This document shows, in pieces, positions 1-6,305 of a stretch of 16,477 nucleotides of DNA. The notes under the pieces are model-generated. The model was not told the DNA's origin. It worked only from the letters and a program-made list of their open reading frames with translations, and searched no databases. The position numbers and the translations under genes were made by a program. Within the stretch, counting starts at the first letter, position 1. Every line of letters begins with the position of its first letter. Source of the stretch: Fibrobacteria bacterium (GTDB lineage: Bacteria > Fibrobacterota > Fibrobacteria > UBA11236); the NCBI GenBank assembly GCA_041746255.1, contig JBGTHM010000058.1, forward strand, positions 1-16,477, read 5' to 3'.

Positions 1-40
1 TCGCGGAACGGATCAGGGCGATGCCCGCCGAAAAAAACAT
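1..40 (-). CDS. Possible 5' end of a downstream gene, truncated by the window edge (MFFSAGIALIRSA...)
   Basis: Minus-strand ATG at 40..38 with GGAGG at 50..46 (5-nt spacer), 15 nt after the ATPase stop. The frame is open to position 1, but only 13 codons are visible. Confidence 0.3.
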   Translation of the reverse strand, partial: MFFSAGIALIRSA

Positions 41-55
41 CCAACCCTCCGCACC

Positions 56-1258
56 CTACCAAAGAAATCCGAACAGGTAGAGTGGGATTTCTCCCGGAGA
101 CGCTATCATGGGACCTTCTTTCACCAAAATGGCCTTTGGCGTATCCCGGATTTGCCGGCGGGATTTACTCTTGCCGCCGATTTCAAAGACATTGCCTAAA
201 GCGCTGTAGTCCCCCTCTTTGCTATAATGCACCGGCAAACCCGTTCCCCGCATCGCGTTGACGAAAAACGTCTCTCTCAGGCTTCCTGCATTCGGACTGA
301 AACCGGATTCGGTCGCTATGGCGAAATAGAGGTTGGCGTTTTCCAGGAGGATTTTATCGGGCGAGCGTAACCCTGCGTTTCCGCCCCTATCCAACCTCAG
401 GCTATGGGTTAACGACGTCTCTTGGAGCATTTCCAAATAGGCGTTGACGGTTTTATGGTCTATTCCCACGTTTCGGGCCAAGGCGTTGACGTTAATCTCT
501 CCCGGCGGATTCGATGCCAAGTACGCCAGTAATTTTTTGAATAACGGAAGGTTGGACGTGCTCAGGGAATAGAAATTCGCGATGTCTTCGAATACGGTTT
601 TGCCGATGGTATTCAGAATTCTCGGATAATAGGTTTCCGGGTCTTCAAAATAAAAGGGATAGTAACCCACCCGTAAATACTCCTCGAACAATCCCCGTAT
701 CCGTGGAATGGCCGACAGCTCTCTGGAGATTTCCACCCGCCGGTTCAATAAATCTTCGAGCGGGATTGCCTCCGTAGCATGGCCCGTTTTGAATTGGAGG
801 TATTCGCGTAGCGACAATCCATTCATGCGATGGACGATTCCCCGTCGGGAGAGATCGTATTGGCCCCGAACCAAATCCAGGCTGGAACTTCCCGAAAACA
901 CGATGTGGATTTCCGGATAGGCGTCGTGGATATTTTTTAGTTCCCGGTTCCATCCGGGGTACATATGCACCTCGTCCAGAAAGAAGTGCGTGCGACCCTC
1001 CGTCTGGTGCATATCGCGGATGAAATCCAACAAAGAGTGCGCGGAAAAATAGATGTGGTCGAGAGAGGCGTACATGCAGCGTTCGGCATTTTCCTTCAGC
1101 CGTATCCACTGAAGCATCAAAGTGGTTTTCCCCACTCCTCGTGGGCCGACCAGGCCGACCAAGCGTCGGGATCCATCAAGTCGGCTAAATAAATAGCGGG
1201 TATGCAGAGGGGTCGTCTGGCCTAAAAGGCGGTAGTAGGTATCCCGGATTTCTTGCAT
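56..1258 (-). CDS. AAA+ superfamily ATPase (COG1373 / AAA_14 + DUF4143-like) with winged HTH and C-terminal restriction-endonuclease-like domain
   Basis: Walker A GPRGVGKT, Walker B FFLDEVH, SGSS, DLSRR, GYYP, wHTH-like INVNALARNVGIDHKTVNAYLEML, GSLRETFF, C-terminal GDY...FEIGGKSK and terminal IPLYLFGFLW, all typical of this family; 400 aa. Confidence 0.9.
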   Translation of the reverse strand: MQEIRDTYYRLLGQTTPLHTRYLFSRLDGSRRLVGLVGPRGVGKTTLMLQWIRLKENAERCMYASLDHIYFSAHSLLDFIRDMHQTEGRTHFFLDEVHMYPGWNRELKNIHDAYPEIHIVFSGSSSLDLVRGQYDLSRRGIVHRMNGLSLREYLQFKTGHATEAIPLEDLLNRRVEISRELSAIPRIRGLFEEYLRVGYYPFYFEDPETYYPRILNTIGKTVFEDIANFYSLSTSNLPLFKKLLAYLASNPPGEINVNALARNVGIDHKTVNAYLEMLQETSLTHSLRLDRGGNAGLRSPDKILLENANLYFAIATESGFSPNAGSLRETFFVNAMRGTGLPVHYSKEGDYSALGNVFEIGGKSKSRRQIRDTPKAILVKEGPMIASPGEIPLYLFGFLW

Positions 1259-1274
1259 TTTTACAACTTATCTT

Positions 1275-1504
1275 TTAGACTCTACTCCAATATAATACGA
1301 ATTTATTAGAATATATTCCAATTTATTTCAGTTCTGGTACTTTCCGCATAAAGCCTTCCAATTTGTGGAATCTACCCTCTTTTTGGGAAAATTCTTCCTA
1401 ATTCATGATAATTAATCCAAAATCGGTTAAAACGGGGGAGGGAGGATGGGAAATATCTAGAATGTACTCTAAATCACTTCCCTCCTTTTTGGAGTCTACT
1501 CTAA
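1275..1504. repeat. Array of five 16-bp imperfect palindromes, consensus TTRGARTNTACTCYAA (putative operator sites)
   Basis: 1275-1290 TTAGACTCTACTCCAA; 1306-1321 TTAGAATATATTCCAA; 1365-1380 GTGGAATCTACCCTCT (degenerate); 1457-1472 CTAGAATGTACTCTAA; 1489-1504 TTGGAGTCTACTCTAA. Confidence 0.75.
1292..1321 (-). promoter_or_regulatory. Putative sigma70-type promoter of the ATPase gene
   Basis: Minus strand TTGGAA (1321..1316), 18 nt, TATTAT (1297..1292), about 33 nt upstream of the ATG at 1258. The AT-rich context makes chance matches likely. Confidence 0.4.
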
Positions 1505-1532
1505 TTTACTTAACTCTTCTAACGGAAGTGAA

Positions 1533-2450
1533 TTAGCCCTTATCCAATGGGGATGTCGGTAGGGAGGCCTCCCCCAGAATATCCCGGAGCACATCCACGC
1601 GCCGGCCCGCCTTATATTTCCGCCCCACCAGCTCTGCCAAGGCCTCGCATTCGTGACGAAACTCCTCCTCGGTCAAGGCCGGCTCAGGTTCTGGAGATGG
1701 GGTTCGGGTCGGGAACCAACTTCCCGTAGCCGTTAGTAGCAGGCGCAATTTCGCCGTCTTGATGCGCCATGCGGCGTGCCCCGGCCATTCGAATATCGGC
1801 CAACCCAATACCTTGGCCTGGCGCCGCAAGGGAAGGCTGGGCTGGACGCATACCGGAAATTCCGCCAGTCGCAATAAAGGTATGTCGCTCACATGATCCG
1901 AATAGGCAAAGGCGCGGGGAAGAGGCCCCGGCGGCCCGACCGTTTCACCCACTAAACCTCGGGCGTAGAGCAGACGCGCTTTATTCTCGCCTTTTAAATT
2001 TCCATCTACATAGGTGGGAAGACGCAAACCCCGATGCGGAAAATTCATTTCCGTTCCCAGCACCTGCGCATAAGGAAATAATTCTTTGAGGAATCTTAAA
2101 TAGAACGTCGCGCTGGCGGAGATCAGGATGATTTCATGTCCCAATCGATGATGCGCCTGGAGGCGTCGCAGCATGGGCCCATGAAAGTGACGGGGGAGCA
2201 CCGCATGCACGAACTCCCGTGACAGGCGCTCCAACTCGTCGGGCTTTTCCCAGGCCATGGGCCATAAAAAAATGCGTTTCAATCCTGCGCTGGTGATGAC
2301 CCTCAGCAAGAGCAGCACCAGCCCCACGCCATGCCCTATCAGAAAAAAGCGACGCCAGGGCCTTTTGCCATAATAAAAGCGTAGCCACAGCAAAATGCTG
2401 TCGCCCAACAACAGCGTATCGTCGAAATCCGAAAAAACCCGCACCTGCAT
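1533..2450 (-). CDS. HAD-IB family hydrolase (phosphoserine/phospholipid-phosphatase-like)
   Basis: Motif I DFDDT at the N-terminus, motif II ISAS, motif III GENKARL, motif IV AYSDHVSD, and a hydrophobic cap helix (LIGHGVGLVLLLLRVI). Confidence 0.85.
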   Translation of the reverse strand: MQVRVFSDFDDTLLLGDSILLWLRFYYGKRPWRRFFLIGHGVGLVLLLLRVITSAGLKRIFLWPMAWEKPDELERLSREFVHAVLPRHFHGPMLRRLQAHHRLGHEIILISASATFYLRFLKELFPYAQVLGTEMNFPHRGLRLPTYVDGNLKGENKARLLYARGLVGETVGPPGPLPRAFAYSDHVSDIPLLRLAEFPVCVQPSLPLRRQAKVLGWPIFEWPGHAAWRIKTAKLRLLLTATGSWFPTRTPSPEPEPALTEEEFRHECEALAELVGRKYKAGRRVDVLRDILGEASLPTSPLDKG

Positions 2451-2556
2451 AGATGCAAAAGATATAATTCCTGGAAATACGGCTCGGCCCCACCCCAGGT
2501 TTTATTTTTCTGGGTGAGCATCCGGGAACGACAAGGCAAGCAAGAGGAAATTTTTC

Positions 2557-4419
2557 ATGCGCGATTTACCGATTTACCTACAAGAAAGTCTCGGAAAAAG
2601 CCCCTGGGCAGTTTCCCTCACAAGCCTGCGGAACTCTCGGGAAGAATTTCAACGCGGACGCCCGCTTTCCGTGGAAGAAATCCAGCAATTGGAAAGGCAG
2701 GGCAACTCCAGCGACAACTGGAGCCGAGTCCATGTGCTGGGCTCGACTTCGCTTAAAACCGTGCGCCTCAGCCATTTCACCGGCGATATTCTCCTGACCG
2801 GGTTTTCCGATCGTCTTATCGGCCCACCTGATCTTCGCCTGGAACCCGGCATCAGCCGTTGCCGCTTGCGCGACTGTATCGTGGGCAATGCCTGTCTCAG
2901 CGACGTGGCTTTCATGGACGCTCAGGTTATCGAAGACGAGGTGATCGTAATGAACGCGGGCAGCGTCACCTGCACGCACAAGGCTTTGTTCGGGCTCGGC
3001 AAGGCCATCCACCCCGGTAGCGAAACCGGCACACGCAGCATTTGGATGTGGGATGGCATGGATTTGGATTTCTGCCGCCAATCCATCGCCTTGATTCCCG
3101 AGGAACAAGTTGAGCTCGGCATCTTCGTGCGCGAAACATTCGAGGCTTTACGCAGCCCGTTCGGCTTTATCGGTAAGGGCAGCCTGGTACAAAGCGTGCC
3201 CGTAGTGGAAAACGCCTGGATAGGGCCGGGATCGCGTATTCGCGGGGCCTTGCGGCTATCCAATCTCACCCTGGCTTCCGCGCCTGACGAAGCGGTATCG
3301 GTCGGAGCGGGCGCGATAATCGAGAACGCGCTGTTACAGGCGGGCAGCGCGGTGGAATCGGGTGGACAGGTTTATGATAGCGTCCTGCTTGAACATGCCG
3401 AAGTGATGCAACAGGGCATCGTTTCCCAAAGCGTTATCGGCCCCAATACTCAAGTTGCCAAAGGGGAAATTACCGCCAGCCTGGTGGGGCCTTTCGTGGG
3501 ATTCCACCATCAGGCTTTGCTCATCGGTGCCCTTTGGCCCGAAGGCCGTGGCAATATCGGTTATGGCGCCAATGTGGGGAGTAACCATACCGGGAAAAAA
3601 CCCGATCAGGAAATCACGCCCGGCGAAGGCAATTTTTTCGGGCTGGGATGCTCGGTTAAATTTCCCGCCAACTTTCACGATGCGCCCTTTTCCTTATTCG
3701 CCACGGGAGTCACTTTGCTCCCGCAAAGGCTGGCCTTTCCTTTTTCGCTGGTAAACCAACCCGCCGAAACCCATGCGCATATTCCTCCGGCCTTGAACGA
3801 AATCTTTCCCGGTTGGATGTGGACCGACAATGCTTATGCGCTTTTCCGAAATGCCTACAAATACAAGGACCGCAACAAAGCGCGCCGCCACCGCTTCGAC
3901 GAAGCCCATTTCGAACCGGAACTCGGCGATACGGTGTTTTCCAAAGCGCGTCTTTTTTCTCCCGACATTGCCATCAAGGTGGCGAATGCCCTGGGGGCCC
4001 TGCAAAATGCGACCTTGCAAGATGGTCTCTATTTGGAAAGCCATATTCCGGGGTTGGGAAAAAATTTTTGCGGGGAGAAAAGCCGCTTTCACGGCATCGA
4101 AGCTTATTCCGATTATCTCGCGGTTTACCTTTTGTTTCACTTCGCTTCAAGTGGAAGCGCTCTGGGTGAAATAGACAGGCGCCATACCCAATCCCTGCTC
4201 GGAGAAGTTAAGGAGCCGGGTGAATTCGTGCGAGAACACCAGGAACGTCTGACCGCTTTGGAGAAAAGGGTGCGGGCTTCTTTGGAAAAGGATACCCAGC
4301 GCGGAGGTCGCGTCTTCGACGATTACGCCGCCTTCCATCCGGGGGAGGATAAAATCCTGAAGGTGCTGGCCGCGGATTTGGCGACGGCGCGAAAATCCCT
4401 CGACGCTAAATTCGGGTAA
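2557..4419 (+). CDS. DUF4954-family protein with left-handed beta-helix (hexapeptide-repeat) region
   Basis: N-terminal RPLSVEEIQQLERQGNSSDNWSRV; hexapeptide-like stretch (AWIGPGSRI, VSVGAGAII, LLQAGSAV, SVIGPNTQV); core GPFVGFHHQALLI...GANVGSNHTG...PDQE; 620 aa. Confidence 0.75.
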   Translation: MRDLPIYLQESLGKSPWAVSLTSLRNSREEFQRGRPLSVEEIQQLERQGNSSDNWSRVHVLGSTSLKTVRLSHFTGDILLTGFSDRLIGPPDLRLEPGISRCRLRDCIVGNACLSDVAFMDAQVIEDEVIVMNAGSVTCTHKALFGLGKAIHPGSETGTRSIWMWDGMDLDFCRQSIALIPEEQVELGIFVRETFEALRSPFGFIGKGSLVQSVPVVENAWIGPGSRIRGALRLSNLTLASAPDEAVSVGAGAIIENALLQAGSAVESGGQVYDSVLLEHAEVMQQGIVSQSVIGPNTQVAKGEITASLVGPFVGFHHQALLIGALWPEGRGNIGYGANVGSNHTGKKPDQEITPGEGNFFGLGCSVKFPANFHDAPFSLFATGVTLLPQRLAFPFSLVNQPAETHAHIPPALNEIFPGWMWTDNAYALFRNAYKYKDRNKARRHRFDEAHFEPELGDTVFSKARLFSPDIAIKVANALGALQNATLQDGLYLESHIPGLGKNFCGEKSRFHGIEAYSDYLAVYLLFHFASSGSALGEIDRRHTQSLLGEVKEPGEFVREHQERLTALEKRVRASLEKDTQRGGRVFDDYAAFHPGEDKILKVLAADLATARKSLDAKFG

Positions 4420-4479
4420 ATCCTCATTTTTCGAGCTATTTCAGGGGTGCTCGAGGGTTTTAGCATCAATTTCATTTGA

Positions 4480-4522
4480 CTAACGTTTAGAACGTTAGCT
4501 GTCTTAACGTTCTAAACGTTAG
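4480..4522. repeat. Perfect 18-bp inverted repeat with 7-nt loop, each arm itself palindromic; possible bidirectional terminator or protein-binding site
   Basis: CTAACGTTTAGAACGTTA (4480-4497), GCTGTCT, TAACGTTCTAAACGTTAG (4505-4522); lies between the convergent DUF4954 and rfbA genes. Confidence 0.85.
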
Positions 4523-4631
4523 CTCGTTCAGCTTGAAATGCAATTGCGTCAAACGGTTGAGGAGTTCGGCCCGGGGGACCTGTGGGGAGTGAAATAATGC
4601 GAGCGGTGCAGAGAGGGTTGTAGGAAAACGA

Positions 4632-5489
4632 TTACCCCGCCAGTCGCAACAAATACTGCTTATACGGAGACGAAGGCATGATATTGACCGTCTCCAAAAA
4701 TTTCTGCCGAGTGATAAAACCCCTGCGCCAAGCGATTTCTTCCGGGCAGCCGATTTTCAATCCCTGGCGCTCTTCCAGCGTGAAAATGAAATTGCTCGCT
4801 TCCAACAAACTGGCGTGTGTACCTGTATCCAGCCAGGCAATGCCGCGTCCCAAAAGTTGCACTTTGAGATCGCCCCGCTTCAAGTACACATTGTTGAGAT
4901 CGGTAATTTCCAATTCACCGCGGGCCGAAGGCTTCAAATTGCGCGCGATGGACACCACCTCATTGTCGTAAATGTAAAGGCCCGGCACCGCATATTGGGA
5001 CTTCGGCTTTTGCGGCTTTTCTTCGATGCCGATTACCTGGTGGTTCGCGTCGAATTCCACCACGCCATAGCGTTCGGGATCGCGCACATAATAGCCGAAA
5101 ACCGTGCCGCCCTTGTCGAAGGAACGGATGCATTCATCCAGCTTCATGCCGCCATAAAAAAGATTGTCGCCCAAAATCAGGGTCACCCCGTCTTGGCCGA
5201 TAAATTTTTCTCCGATTAAAAAAGCCTGCGCGATTCCGGCGGGTTTTTCCTGCACGGCGTATTCAATGGAAAGCCCCCATTGGCTGCCGTCTCCGAGCAG
5301 GGCTTGAAAGCGGGGGGTATCGTGGGGCGTAGAAATGAGCAGGTATTCGCGAATGCCCCCCAACATCAGGGTAGCCAGGGGATAATAGATGAGGGGTTTA
5401 TCATATACCGGTAAAAGTTGTTTGCTTGCCACGTCGGTGAGGGGATACAAACGCGTACCGGCGCCGCCGGCCAGGATAATGCCCTTCAC
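4632..5489 (-). CDS. rfbA: Glucose-1-phosphate thymidylyltransferase
   Basis: [18 protein letters not shown]...[52 protein letters not shown] start. Confidence 0.97.
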   Translation of the reverse strand: MKGIILAGGAGTRLYPLTDVASKQLLPVYDKPLIYYPLATLMLGGIREYLLISTPHDTPRFQALLGDGSQWGLSIEYAVQEKPAGIAQAFLIGEKFIGQDGVTLILGDNLFYGGMKLDECIRSFDKGGTVFGYYVRDPERYGVVEFDANHQVIGIEEKPQKPKSQYAVPGLYIYDNEVVSIARNLKPSARGELEITDLNNVYLKRGDLKVQLLGRGIAWLDTGTHASLLEASNFIFTLEERQGLKIGCPEEIAWRRGFITRQKFLETVNIMPSSPYKQYLLRLAG

Positions 5490-5490
5490 T

Positions 5491-6204
5491 TTACAGTCCC
5501 TTCACTTTTTTGGGGGGTTCGCCGGACATTTCCGCAGCCAGATTGCGCGAATTCAAGGGACGGTGGGGTGTAGGCAATCGCAGGGTTTTTTTGATGTCCT
5601 TGAAAACCTTTTCGATGGTTTGGGTGGCATCCACGCTATGGAGAATGCCGATATGCTTGAACAAATGGATCATGGGTTCGGTTTTAACGTGATAATCCTC
5701 GATGCGTTTCTGAATGGCCTCTTCGTGATCATCGCTGCGTGTCTGCAAGGTACCGCTGCATACGTCGCAAATCCCCTCCTCTTTGGGGCGATGGCCGATG
5801 AGATTGTAATCGAGCCCGCAATCGGAGCATACCCTGCGGGCCAATACGCGTTCGACAACGATGCTGTCGGGCGCGTCGAGGTGAATTACCGCGTTGATAT
5901 TGTAATTCTCGAAAAGAAATTCGGCCTGGGGAATAGTGCGCGGAAATCCGTCGAGCACGAAACCGTAATTCCAATCATGCCAGCGTAGCCGCGCCGCGAC
6001 CACCTGCTCCACCATATCGTCTCCCACCATCTGGCCCTTGGAAATGATGCGATTGATTTTGGCCGCCAACTTGGTATGGTTGGCGATATGCCAACGGAAA
6101 ATGTCGCCTATGGAGATATGGATGAAATCGTATCCGTCACAGAGAAGCTTGGCCTGGGTACCCTTGCCGCAGCCCTGAATGCCCATGATGATGTATTTAT
6201 ACAT
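5491..6204 (-). CDS. adk: Adenylate kinase family nucleoside monophosphate kinase with zinc-binding LID
   Basis: P-loop [42 protein letters not shown]...CDVC, RSDD. Confidence 0.85.
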   Translation of the reverse strand: MYKYIIMGIQGCGKGTQAKLLCDGYDFIHISIGDIFRWHIANHTKLAAKINRIISKGQMVGDDMVEQVVAARLRWHDWNYGFVLDGFPRTIPQAEFLFENYNINAVIHLDAPDSIVVERVLARRVCSDCGLDYNLIGHRPKEEGICDVCSGTLQTRSDDHEEAIQKRIEDYHVKTEPMIHLFKHIGILHSVDATQTIEKVFKDIKKTLRLPTPHRPLNSRNLAAEMSGEPPKKVKGL

Positions 6205-6305
6205 GCCTTACCATTCCTTATGAAGTGGCGGACTTTCCCACCCCGCAAAGGCCGCAAAGATAAAAACATGGCCTTGAGTTCGGACGAAATCATTGCCGGA
6301 ACCTC

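Noticed and set aside
1291..1296. Perfect plus-strand TATAAT
   Set aside because: There is no convincing -35 (TTATCT at 17 nt) and no plus-strand gene downstream; such a match is expected in AT-rich DNA. An antisense RNA cannot be excluded.
1275..1504. Possible degenerate CRISPR array
   Set aside because: The repeats are only 16 bp and divergent, the gaps are irregular (15, 43, 76, 16 nt), and no cas genes are present.
1474..1531. 8-bp inverted repeat TCACTTCC/GGAAGTGA flanking box 5
   Set aside because: The arms are short with a 42-nt loop and there is no target-site duplication, so it cannot be supported as a MITE or terminator.
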